Of a stretch of DNA of 64,000 bases, positions 7,735-17,178 are shown one piece after another; position 1 is the stretch's first letter; each line of letters begins with the position of its first letter. The stretch is from the IMG/VR virus record IMGVR_UViG_3300010430_000003, positions 62,001 to 126,000 of that record. The stretch is one strand, 5' to 3'. The translations under genes and the position numbers were made by a program. The notes below the pieces were generated by a model, which saw only the letters and a list, made by a program, of their open reading frames with translations, searched no databases and was not told the DNA's origin.

Positions 7735-10577
7735 AGTATACGAAGAGACAATTTAAAAATAAATTCAAAAGTTCTTACTGGCTTAATTTGTATGCATCCA
7801 TTCGCAGCATTGAGAGTAGAACCCCGCTGAAACAAATTCGGTATCGTGGGAAGGCAACAGAAGACAAAGTTTTATTAGCAATTAATAATCTTTATAAACC
7901 ATTAATAACCATGCCTGTTTCAAATAATCAAGTAAGAGTTATTAATGATCAATTATCAAACACACCAAAATTTGAAACAGTTAAGCAAAGAATAGTTGGA
8001 ATTACAGAAGGACCGTCAAGATTTGTTTATGGAGCTTCTGATTTTATTGGTTCTGCTTATCTTTCCTTAACTGGTGGTGTTCTTACTTATGCTGATGGTG
8101 GAGCAGCAACATTTGAAGGAAGTGGAACATTAACTGCCGATGGTGGTAAATTTGTTTATGTTGGAGATAGTGCAACTTTTGAAGGAAGTGGAACATTAAC
8201 TGCTGATGGAGGCAAATTTGTTTATGTGAGTGGTGAAGCAGATATTTTAGGAACTGGCTCTCTTGTTGGAATTGGTGAAACCGTTATTTATGAGAGTAAC
8301 GATGTTTCGTTTGATGGTGCTGCAACAATGCAAGCGCAGGGCACCCAGATATCTACCACAACTGCAATCTTTACTGGAACCTCTGAAATGTCAGTAGACG
8401 GTGTTCCTATTTCTGTTGCTGCTGTTACATTTACCGGAACGAGCGATATGATAGTGGAGGGTGAAGCGTTCACCAACATCCCAACGTTTGTCCACTATGC
8501 TTGGGAAATTGATTTTGGAGTAACTACAAGTTCAAATGGTTATGTTACTCTCTGGGAAGATCAAAAGCAGGGTCTTAATTTTAGTGGAACTGATGGACAT
8601 GGTTATTTTGACTTCAATTATTCAGGGACATATATCCCCGCATTAATTTTTAGCAGATCTACTCATACATTTGATGCAACATTTCCTGATCCTTCTCCAA
8701 TATCTGGAGGATTCTCTTTTCTCGTTGTAGCCGATATTATTAGTGGGTCAGATGATAGTGATGCTTCTAATAATGAGTTTGCTATTTTGCAGCTTGACGA
8801 AGACGTGGGATACGGTTCCTCACAAGCTTGGGCCTTGGATATTGGTGTGAACGCCCCCGGAATCAACTATCGTTTATGGGAGGCTGCAAGTGGTATTGAG
8901 ACATATGATGGCAGATACTATGATCACCATAGACAAGATAGCTTTGTTGATATGCTAGTTAATTCTGCTCCAAGCGGTACATGGTCATCGGAAACAGACT
9001 TATATGTTGAAAGAGAATTATTTATTAATAATAAAGACTTAGATAATTATTATTATCCACATCGTCATGAGTATACAGAAATTAAATTGGGATTAGACGC
9101 TGGCCGAACTGATCGTTCTGCCTATATGGCTGTTAAGGCAGTTTATGCTGCAACTAGCTCATTGGGATCTACTGAGAGAACTGAGTTGTGGGATTATCTT
9201 GATTCTCGATGGAGATCACAATATATAGTGCCCGAAGTTCTTGATATTACAACAACAGGGTCTGCTGCGATAGGAACTCTACACGATGTTCCAATGCCTT
9301 CAACAGTTAATCGATCAGATTTATTGGTGGCAGTTTTTGCTGAAGATGGCGGCCATGATCTTACTGAACCTCTCGGTTGGTACGAAGTTGTTAGCGATGA
9401 ATATGGAGGTGCTGATGCTGGGATGAGTGTATACGCCAGATATGCAACTGGATCTGAAGGAGGCACAACTGTTCAATTCTCTTCAAGTGTGTCGAGGGAT
9501 TATGGTGTGGCAATTGCTCGAATTGCTTCTGGCACATGGCACGAGACTTCTAATTTAGCTGACGCAATTCAAAGTACAGGTATGAGTAGTTCCAATAATT
9601 CTTATGTTTCTGATCCACCACCAATTTCATCATCTTGGATGAGTCATAACTTACCACTAGCTGCAACTGCCGGATCAGCACTAATGAATGGATTTGATAC
9701 TGACGCTGGCTGGGAAGGTGGTGTTACGTCAACGCCTGCTGCGTCAGGAACTTACGTTTCTCTTGAATATTATCCTAGTGGCTCTGCAAGGCATATTACC
9801 GATACCTTGGGTGAGAACTTTTACGGGGTCAACACATCTTTTCAGGCTGCGAGCAACCATCTTGCTGCCATGATAGCTGTGAAACCTCATCCAAGATTCA
9901 GCGATTGGAAAGAACTTTTAGATTGGCATTCAAACAGGGGCGATTTTACAGGAAGTAGTTTGATTCAATTGGTTAAATCTGATGGTTCTACAGTTGCAGA
10001 TGTTTCGGGACAAAGTAATGAGCCAACTATATCAGGAACACTAACATTCGATTCTCAGCCGGTTACGTGGGGAGATAAATATCCAATTGAGTCTGATGCT
10101 TCTGGTGGCGATTATTTACATACAACGGGAATTTTGAACTTGTCAAGCTCGACTTCATGGACTTTTAGTTGTATTGCTGAAAATTCTCCATCACATCCTG
10201 ACGTCTTATTTGGTTTAGGTGATTCCGATTCGAATCAAATTGCGCTTTATAACAACAACGCGGCAGGTGGAACGCTATATCTTAGAGCAAAAGGGGGAAG
10301 CACTGTGTTTGATACAGTGGCGGTTCCCTTTGGTCAGATATTTGGCCTAACCATCAGAAGGGAAGTCGATGATTTAGATTGGTGGGTGGATGGCGTCTTC
10401 CAAGGAACTGTTGATTTAAGTGCCCAAAGTTTTACATCTGCCACAGATCTTTATTATCTTTATGGTATTGTAACTTCTGGACTTCAATGGGATGGAAGAT
10501 TTCAACATCGAGGGACATTTGATGATGCTCTTAGTGATGAACTGTGTGTAAAATTTAGCACCACATCTTATCCATGA
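7731..10577 (+). CDS. large tail-fibre/adhesin-like protein with a C-terminal LamG-like domain
   Basis: Gly/Ser/Thr-rich beta repeats (F.G.G.L/M); C-terminal WWVDGV...FDDALSDE; ATG 7731 overlaps the upstream stop (ORF track start 7671). Confidence 0.65.
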   Translation: MKYTKRQFKNKFKSSYWLNLYASIRSIESRTPLKQIRYRGKATEDKVLLAINNLYKPLITMPVSNNQVRVINDQLSNTPKFETVKQRIVGITEGPSRFVYGASDFIGSAYLSLTGGVLTYADGGAATFEGSGTLTADGGKFVYVGDSATFEGSGTLTADGGKFVYVSGEADILGTGSLVGIGETVIYESNDVSFDGAATMQAQGTQISTTTAIFTGTSEMSVDGVPISVAAVTFTGTSDMIVEGEAFTNIPTFVHYAWEIDFGVTTSSNGYVTLWEDQKQGLNFSGTDGHGYFDFNYSGTYIPALIFSRSTHTFDATFPDPSPISGGFSFLVVADIISGSDDSDASNNEFAILQLDEDVGYGSSQAWALDIGVNAPGINYRLWEAASGIETYDGRYYDHHRQDSFVDMLVNSAPSGTWSSETDLYVERELFINNKDLDNYYYPHRHEYTEIKLGLDAGRTDRSAYMAVKAVYAATSSLGSTERTELWDYLDSRWRSQYIVPEVLDITTTGSAAIGTLHDVPMPSTVNRSDLLVAVFAEDGGHDLTEPLGWYEVVSDEYGGADAGMSVYARYATGSEGGTTVQFSSSVSRDYGVAIARIASGTWHETSNLADAIQSTGMSSSNNSYVSDPPPISSSWMSHNLPLAATAGSALMNGFDTDAGWEGGVTSTPAASGTYVSLEYYPSGSARHITDTLGENFYGVNTSFQAASNHLAAMIAVKPHPRFSDWKELLDWHSNRGDFTGSSLIQLVKSDGSTVADVSGQSNEPTISGTLTFDSQPVTWGDKYPIESDASGGDYLHTTGILNLSSSTSWTFSCIAENSPSHPDVLFGLGDSDSNQIALYNNNAAGGTLYLRAKGGSTVFDTVAVPFGQIFGLTIRREVDDLDWWVDGVFQGTVDLSAQSFTSATDLYYLYGIVTSGLQWDGRFQHRGTFDDALSDELCVKFSTTSYP
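8106..8227 (+). repeat. 66-bp-period tandem duplication within the fibre-like gene
   Basis: ATFEGSGTLTADGGKFVYV encoded twice, starting at 8106 and 8172. Confidence 0.9.
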
Positions 10578-11203
10578 AAAAGAAAAGTAACATATTGTCT
10601 TCTTATCCAAGGTCCGGAAATACTTGGATTAGGTATTGTATGGAATTTCTGTCAGAGAGGCCAACCAGAGGGTATGGTCGCGTTAATTTAAGAGAGTGCC
10701 CCCTTGGAGAAACTTTCAATTTAGGGGTGGACTTAGAAAAAGATTATATTTTAATAAAAATTCATCTTGCTAACAAATACAGAAAAGATAGAACTAACAC
10801 AGTTATTCATTTAATTAGAGATCCATTATATAGTATTCCAAGACATACTGGTATGACAGATTTAATTGCAAACCGTGGTCCCTCCAAGTTTATCAAAATA
10901 TTGCAAGCATATCATGATTATGAAGGGAAAAAGCAAGTTTTCTATTATGAAGATTTTATGGAAGAAGAGAATCTATATCCTGTGTTGGAAGAGATGTGTG
11001 AGTTATTAGATGTCAATCCATCAAAAATTGAAAAGCTTAAAGAAGAATATAAAGTTCATGTTATTAAGAGTAGAATGTTGTATGATCATGTTAGAAAACG
11101 AGAGCCAGTCTTTAATCCTCAAATAGTTGATAAAGAAAAATGGGTTGAGTATTTTAAGAGTCATGAAGAATTATATGAATTATATTTGAAAAGATACTTT
11201 TGA
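10574..11203 (+). CDS. sulfotransferase-domain protein
   Basis: 5'-PSB loop SYPRSGNTW, then IKIH, 3'-PB motif LIRDP...S, and YED. Confidence 0.8.
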   Translation: MKKKSNILSSYPRSGNTWIRYCMEFLSERPTRGYGRVNLRECPLGETFNLGVDLEKDYILIKIHLANKYRKDRTNTVIHLIRDPLYSIPRHTGMTDLIANRGPSKFIKILQAYHDYEGKKQVFYYEDFMEEENLYPVLEEMCELLDVNPSKIEKLKEEYKVHVIKSRMLYDHVRKREPVFNPQIVDKEKWVEYFKSHEELYELYLKRYF

Positions 11204-11242
11204 AATAGTATTTATAGGGAATAGTGAAGGAGAACAATATTC

Positions 11243-11620
11243 ATGTCTGAAAAAAGCAACTGGTGGGAAACAGAGATGCTCAATCTTATGTTTCTCACGT
11301 ACGATCCAGTTTATGTAGCACTTTTTACAACTAATCCTGATGAAGATGCCTCTGGCACAGAAGCAACTGGTGGTTCATATGCAAGAGAATCTGTTGCAGC
11401 TTCTGTTTTTGTTGTTTTAACAGGATCTGCTGCTAATAATACAAATATTGAATTTACAGAAGCAACTGGCAACTGGGGCACTCTTTCTCATGCAGCCATC
11501 TTCACTTCTGCTTCTGGTGGAGATATGTTATATTACAGTCCGCTAGGAACATCAGTTGGAATTAACACAGGGCAAATCTTTAGAATTAACTCTGGCAGCT
11601 TGATTATATCGGAGGATTAA
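11243..11620 (+). CDS. small virion protein (tail-fibre-associated family), paralog 1
   Basis: YVALFTTNP...E.TGGSYAR...F.EATGNWGT.SH.AI...SGG.ML. Confidence 0.7.
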   Translation: MSEKSNWWETEMLNLMFLTYDPVYVALFTTNPDEDASGTEATGGSYARESVAASVFVVLTGSAANNTNIEFTEATGNWGTLSHAAIFTSASGGDMLYYSPLGTSVGINTGQIFRINSGSLIISED

Positions 11621-11622
11621 TT

Positions 11623-12000
11623 ATGAGTGAAAAGGGTGATTATTTAGAAAATTGGGTTTTGTTACAAGTTCTTAGTTCTTTTGATCCATTGTATATTGCA
11701 CTCTTTTCAGATAACCCTGATGAAGACGGATCAGGTACTGAATTTACTGGCGATAATTATGATCGAGCAACAGTTCCCTCTGGAACCCTTACAGTAACAA
11801 ACAATACAGCTTCTAATGCCGCAGTAATTCAGTTTTCAGAATCAACTGCAATTTGGGGCACAGCTTCCCATGTTGCAATTTATGATTCTTTGGCTGGTGG
11901 GAATCTTCTTTATTACAGTGCTCTTAATACCCCGGTAGAGATAGGTTTGTCGCAAGTTTTCCGCTTCGCGACATCTTCGTTAAATATCGTAGAAGATTAA
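11623..12000 (+). CDS. small virion protein, paralog 2
   Basis: Same length (125 aa) and colinear with 11243-11620. Confidence 0.7.
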   Translation: MSEKGDYLENWVLLQVLSSFDPLYIALFSDNPDEDGSGTEFTGDNYDRATVPSGTLTVTNNTASNAAVIQFSESTAIWGTASHVAIYDSLAGGNLLYYSALNTPVEIGLSQVFRFATSSLNIVED

Positions 12001-12087
12001 TTTTATAAATTAACAAAAAAGTGTTGTTGGATATTAAAGAATCTATTTAATATGAAAGTTTTTTCATTTTGAATGGAGATTATTTTA

Positions 12088-14955
12088 ATGCCTGCTGATA
12101 AGTTTAGTTTTGTTTCCCCCGGCGTCTATATTGACGAGATTGATAACACAGGAAGACAAGATCAGGGCGGCAACCCTGTTGGTCCTGTTGTTGTTGGTCG
12201 AACTCGTAAAGGCCCGTCCCGCCCCGTAACTGTTAAATCATTTTCGGAATATATTGAGATTTTTGGAGAGCCCGTTCCCGGCACATCTGTTGATGATGTT
12301 TGGAGAGAGGGGAATTATACATCTCCCATGTATGCATCATATGCAGCACAGGCATGGCTTGCAAATAAGTCTCCTCTAACTGTTGTTAGAGTGCTTGGTG
12401 AAGAATCAGATAATGCAGAAACTTCTGGGAAAGCTGGATGGCAAACTGATAATACTTTAAATGCAACCGAAGGGTCCAATGGTGGAGCGTTCGGTTTGTT
12501 TATGATTGATTCTGGTTCTGTTGCAGAAGCGTTTACTGGTACATTAGCAGCAGTATGGTATGTCCAAACTGGCTCTGTTGTGCTTTCTGGTACGATTAGG
12601 GATGGCAGCGAGCAGATCACAGGTTCGTCTGTATTTGTTTCTTCAACAGGCGCTGATAGAGAATTCAGGGCAGTTGTCCATGACGGCGATGGTAACATTG
12701 TTGAGGATACAGCGTTTAACTTCAACAAGTCTTCACAAAGATATATCCGAAAGGTATTTAATACTAATCCCATTCTTACAAATTCAGATATCGTCACTGC
12801 TACTGATGTTAAGAAGTATTGGCTAGGTGAGACTTACGATCGACACCTTACATCACATGTAACTAGCTCAAACGCAGGTGGGCAGTTTGGTGTGATTCTT
12901 GCATTAGAAGGCTCACACGCTGGTAACAATGGTGGTGGTCATTATCGATACGCAAACCAGCCCGCTAAATCTGGTTGGGTGTTCTCACAAGACGTTAGTG
13001 ATAATGCAACTTCATTCGAACCACGAGACATGACAAAACTCTTCCGCTTCCATGCACTTTATGGTGGTGAGTGGGATTCAAAGAATTTAAAGATATCAAT
13101 TCAAGATATTAAGATTTCAAATAGACAAAATTCTGATTATGGAACATTTACTATTGTTGTTCGACTTGCCACAGATAGTGACGCCGCTCCAAGAATAGTA
13201 GAGAGATTTAGTTCTGTAAATCTTAATCCAAATTCATCCAACTTCATTGGTAGGGTTGTTGGTAATAAGGAAATGATTTGGGACGATATTGAGAAGCGAT
13301 ATAAAGAGTATGGTATTTATACCAACAACTCGAAATATATCCGAGTCGAATTAACACCAGAAGTTATGAATGGCATGGTTAACACCACCCTCCTTCCTTT
13401 TGGTTTCTATGGTCCGCTTCGTCATAAAGGCTTCTCATTCATCTCAGGCTCTACTGCTGAAAGTGAGTTTGATGATATTTCAACTGATTTCACTGCTTCT
13501 CTTGTAAAGGGAACTACTGATCAACCAAGATCATTAATAGAAGGAACAGAGTTTGTTAATGTAGGTCCAGCAACTTTCACTGGTTCATTTGTGTTCCCAT
13601 CAATTCCACTGAGACAGTCAGGAACTGCAGGTAATCTTGCAAGTCCAAAGACTGCTTATTATGGTATTGATGTTGGACAAACTGCAGGTTCAACCTTATT
13701 TGATAAAGGATATATGGACTTGGTAAGACCTATGGCTGGTGATTATAATTCACTTACTGGTGAAGATGAATATATTGAATATTCATTTGTCTTTACTCTT
13801 GATGATCTTTCTGGTTCTGCGGCCGCGAATACTGTAACTGCTCCTGCGGTTTATGTATCTGGCTCTAGAATGGCCGGAACTTCAATCTCTGCCACAGAGT
13901 CAACTGGTTGGAAGTCTGTTCTAACCAATGATCATAATAGATTCACATTACCTCTTATTGGTGGTTTTGATGGATATGATATCACTGAGAAAGACCCCTT
14001 CCGAAATAGTGCTATTAATAGCAGCCCAACAGAGACAAATGATTATATCTACTACTCTCTTAAACGAGCAGTTGATAGCATTCAGGATAGAGAGGTTGTA
14101 GAGCATGACTTGGCAGTGATGCCCGGTATTACCAATGAAGGTCTTACTGGCCATCTTGTCGATGTATGTACTGCTCGGGGTGATTCATTAGGTATTATTG
14201 ATCCTCTTGGTGGATTTGTACCACAGCATGAAAACACGAGTGCATTTACTGATCGAGTTGGTAATGTTGAGACTATTGTTGCTAACATGCTTAATCGAGG
14301 GATTGATACCAGCTATGGTGCTGCTTATGACCCGTGGGTTCTGGTGAGAGATAGTCGCTCTGGACAGCAGTTCATGATGCCTCCGTCTGTTGTTGCACTT
14401 GGAACAATGGCCTCATCTGATAAAAAGGCAGATCTCTGGTTCGCGCCAGCAGGATTTACACGAGGTGGATTATCATTTGGTGCTTCTGGACTTAAAGTTG
14501 TCGGAGTTGAAAGAACTCTTTCAAAAGAAGACCGAGATAAACTTTATGAAGCGCATGTTAATCCAATTGCGAAATTCCCGGCGGAAGGCATTGTAATCTA
14601 CGGGCAGAAGACCTTGCAAAAGACTCCATCAGCCCTTGATAGAATTAACGTAAGACGACTTCTGAATTTCGTTAAACGAGAGATTGAATTGGTGGCTAAA
14701 ACTACTCTGTTTGAGCCAAATGTTCGTGCAACTTGGATTAACTTCTTGTCACGGGCAACACCGATTCTTGAAACAATTAAGAGCCGATTTGGTTTGCTTG
14801 ATTATCGTTTAGTTCTTGACGAAGAAACAACGACCCCTGATCTTATTGATAGAAACATCATGTATGCCAAGGTTCTGTTGAAGCCAACTCGCTCAATTGA
14901 ATTCATCGCTCTGGACTTTATTGTTGAGCCAACCGGCGCATCTTTTGGGGAATAA
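12088..14955 (+). CDS. contractile tail sheath protein
   Basis: FVSPGVYIDEID, WFAPAGFTRG, GQKTLQ, SALDRINVRRLL, LKPTRSIEFI; ATG 12088 follows GGAG. Confidence 0.97.
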   Translation: MPADKFSFVSPGVYIDEIDNTGRQDQGGNPVGPVVVGRTRKGPSRPVTVKSFSEYIEIFGEPVPGTSVDDVWREGNYTSPMYASYAAQAWLANKSPLTVVRVLGEESDNAETSGKAGWQTDNTLNATEGSNGGAFGLFMIDSGSVAEAFTGTLAAVWYVQTGSVVLSGTIRDGSEQITGSSVFVSSTGADREFRAVVHDGDGNIVEDTAFNFNKSSQRYIRKVFNTNPILTNSDIVTATDVKKYWLGETYDRHLTSHVTSSNAGGQFGVILALEGSHAGNNGGGHYRYANQPAKSGWVFSQDVSDNATSFEPRDMTKLFRFHALYGGEWDSKNLKISIQDIKISNRQNSDYGTFTIVVRLATDSDAAPRIVERFSSVNLNPNSSNFIGRVVGNKEMIWDDIEKRYKEYGIYTNNSKYIRVELTPEVMNGMVNTTLLPFGFYGPLRHKGFSFISGSTAESEFDDISTDFTASLVKGTTDQPRSLIEGTEFVNVGPATFTGSFVFPSIPLRQSGTAGNLASPKTAYYGIDVGQTAGSTLFDKGYMDLVRPMAGDYNSLTGEDEYIEYSFVFTLDDLSGSAAANTVTAPAVYVSGSRMAGTSISATESTGWKSVLTNDHNRFTLPLIGGFDGYDITEKDPFRNSAINSSPTETNDYIYYSLKRAVDSIQDREVVEHDLAVMPGITNEGLTGHLVDVCTARGDSLGIIDPLGGFVPQHENTSAFTDRVGNVETIVANMLNRGIDTSYGAAYDPWVLVRDSRSGQQFMMPPSVVALGTMASSDKKADLWFAPAGFTRGGLSFGASGLKVVGVERTLSKEDRDKLYEAHVNPIAKFPAEGIVIYGQKTLQKTPSALDRINVRRLLNFVKREIELVAKTTLFEPNVRATWINFLSRATPILETIKSRFGLLDYRLVLDEETTTPDLIDRNIMYAKVLLKPTRSIEFIALDFIVEPTGASFGE

Positions 14956-15009
14956 TTAATAAAAGATACTATTTAAAATAGTTAATCTTAATTTTGAGGA
15001 TTTAAATTA

Positions 15010-15570
15010 ATGGCAGACTTCTGGAATTCAGCGGCGTTGGAGCCAAAGCGTAACTTTAAGTTTCAGCTTTATATTAAAGGTGTTCCAACCTATATTATTA
15101 AAGTGGCGGGACGACCCAATTTTAAAGTTGGTGAAACTCCTCATAGGTATCTTGGAAAAGAGTTCTGGTTTCCGGGCACTGTATCATGGGAGCCTGTTAA
15201 TGTTACGCTTGTTGATCCCATTCAGATCAATTCGGTCGCAATCATGAGAGATATTATTGTCCAGTCTGGCTATGATTGGATTAAACCAAATACTCCAATT
15301 AATGCTAACATCTTGAGCACGATTTCGAAGAAGAATGCCGTTGAAGCGATGGGTCTCGTTCATTTGGTCCAGATTGATTCGGATGGAAATACTATTGATA
15401 GTTGGAAGTTGCAGAATGCATGGATTGCAAGCTTTACACCAACAGAACTGAGTTACGATTCGGACGAGCTTTCAGAAGTTCAATTAACACTTAGATATGA
15501 TTGGGCAATTGTTGAGACTCCTTCTGGAACAGGTCTTGATAATGCTCTCGGTAATCTCTCGCCATTCTAA
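15010..15570 (+). CDS. tail tube protein
   Basis: EPKRNFKF, W.PVNVTLVDP, W.LQNAWI, LSYDSDE...LTLRYDWA; follows the sheath gene. Confidence 0.92.
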   Translation: MADFWNSAALEPKRNFKFQLYIKGVPTYIIKVAGRPNFKVGETPHRYLGKEFWFPGTVSWEPVNVTLVDPIQINSVAIMRDIIVQSGYDWIKPNTPINANILSTISKKNAVEAMGLVHLVQIDSDGNTIDSWKLQNAWIASFTPTELSYDSDELSEVQLTLRYDWAIVETPSGTGLDNALGNLSPF

Positions 15571-15597
15571 TTAAATTTTAAATTCTCAACTTAGTGG

Positions 15598-15624
15598 AAG
15601 GGGCTGTTTATCAGCCCCTTTTTT
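15598..15624 (+). terminator. rho-independent terminator
   Basis: AAGGGGCTG-TTTAT-CAGCCCCTT-TTTT. Confidence 0.9.
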
Positions 15625-15670
15625 GTTGTTTAAGCCTAATTAAGTTGAATATTATCATAACGGAGTGTTT

Positions 15671-16507
15671 ATGACAGAAAGAAAGAATTCTGATTTGATT
15701 CCTCAAGCAGAAGAAAAAAGTGAAAATAAGGGTCTCGATTTTTTGAAATTTGAACATATGACCCTTTTTGTTTCTCTCCCTTCAGGTGGCCAAGTCTACT
15801 CTGAAGATTCATTGCTTAGAACGGGGAAAGTAGAAATCTCCCAGATGTTGGCCCCACATGAGGAAATTTTATCAAACACATCATATCTTAAAAATGGTGT
15901 TATGTTTGATAAGCTTGTTGATTCATTGCTGGTGGATAAGAATATTAGTTCGCAGGAATTAATATCAGGAGATAAAACAGCAATTCTTATCGCTGCCCGA
16001 AGAGATGCTTATGGGCCTAGTTATAAGGTTAACTTTATTTGTTCAAGTTGCACGTCTATGTATTCTGACGAAATTAGTCTTGACGAAAATATTGTGGAGT
16101 ATAGCGGTGAATCTAATGACGAGAATGTTGTTAGAGAGGGTGGATTAATTCATATTAAAGAATTGCCAAGATCAAAAGTATCTTTAAAACTTAAGATGCT
16201 AACAGGGGAAGAGGATAAGAGACTGTTTGATTATAATCGAGAGCTTAAAAAGGAAGGTAAGGAAGTTACCACTCTTGACCAATATAGATTGATGTTTAAA
16301 GAAGTGGCTGGTCAGACTGAAGTGTCGACAATCAATCAGTTTATTAATAAAATGCCGGCCATGGATTCGAAGTATGTAAAAAATGCATATAAGAGGATGG
16401 CCCCTGATGTTAAAATGATTAAAAAATCTACCTGTACAAAATGCGGAAATGTAGAGGAGAAGGAGGCGGTATTCAATACCGAGTTTTTTTGGCCTTCAGA
16501 TGAGTAA
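15671..16507 (+). CDS. baseplate hub assembly protein (T4 gp26-like)
   Basis: VSLPSGG..Y, EEIL, GDK.AILIAAR..AYG, two CxxC pairs, FFWP at the end. Confidence 0.8.
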   Translation: MTERKNSDLIPQAEEKSENKGLDFLKFEHMTLFVSLPSGGQVYSEDSLLRTGKVEISQMLAPHEEILSNTSYLKNGVMFDKLVDSLLVDKNISSQELISGDKTAILIAARRDAYGPSYKVNFICSSCTSMYSDEISLDENIVEYSGESNDENVVREGGLIHIKELPRSKVSLKLKMLTGEEDKRLFDYNRELKKEGKEVTTLDQYRLMFKEVAGQTEVSTINQFINKMPAMDSKYVKNAYKRMAPDVKMIKKSTCTKCGNVEEKEAVFNTEFFWPSDE

Positions 16508-16709
16508 CAATGTTATTCGAGATTTCTTCACTTTAAATAAAAGCGAGGTTTTTGTGGTTCATGAAGAGATAAATCACATGTTAACAGAAATTAATTCAGG
16601 TTGGACTTTCCGAGATTTATATTGTATGCCTGTTTCAATGAGAAAATGGTATCACGCAAAATATAATGAGCGTATTCAAAGGATGAATGATGATAACGAT
16701 GGAGAATAA
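16500..16709 (+). CDS. tail/baseplate assembly chaperone (gp51-like)
   Basis: GWTFRDLYCMPVSMRKWY directly after the gp26-like gene. Confidence 0.6.
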   Translation: MSNNVIRDFFTLNKSEVFVVHEEINHMLTEINSGWTFRDLYCMPVSMRKWYHAKYNERIQRMNDDNDGE

Positions 16710-16911
16710 TTCCCTGATTAATTATTTTGTAATGACAAGATATTTTCTTGATGCGCGAAGAATGTTGAAGAACCAACCACCATATGCTAACACCTTAACA
16801 TATATTTATACAAAGCGAATTACACTAAAACCGGATTATATAATTAAAAATTACATTGAAGACATGAGAGACATTGGAGGAGGAAAAATTGAATATTTTA
16901 GAATCTGGTGA
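16699..16911 (+). CDS. small ORF of the hNxxh family
   Basis: LINYFVMTRYFL; sits inside the tail operon and overlaps both neighbours. Confidence 0.55.
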   Translation: MENNSLINYFVMTRYFLDARRMLKNQPPYANTLTYIYTKRITLKPDYIIKNYIEDMRDIGGGKIEYFRIW

Positions 16912-17167
16912 TAAACAAGCTTTTGCGGAAAATGTTAAAGCGCTAATTATGGCATTATTTCACGGCGATAAACTCCCTGCAAAAATTAAAGGTAGTTCAT
17001 CACAAATTAAAGCCTTTACGCAAGCTGTGATGGCGGAGTGTGCTTATTTACGTCTCTCTATGCAGTTTGACAAAGAACACCCTCAAGTAGTTAAGCTTGA
17101 GGCACAGTTAGATGGTGCAATCCGTCGCTTTGAACGAATTACAGGGATAGAATGGCCTATTAGGTGA
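16874..17167 (+). CDS. hypothetical protein
   Basis: ORF preceding the tape measure gene; ends FERITGIEWPIR. Confidence 0.6.
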   Translation: MEEEKLNILESGDKQAFAENVKALIMALFHGDKLPAKIKGSSSQIKAFTQAVMAECAYLRLSMQFDKEHPQVVKLEAQLDGAIRRFERITGIEWPIR

Positions 17168-17178
17168 GATCTTATTAA

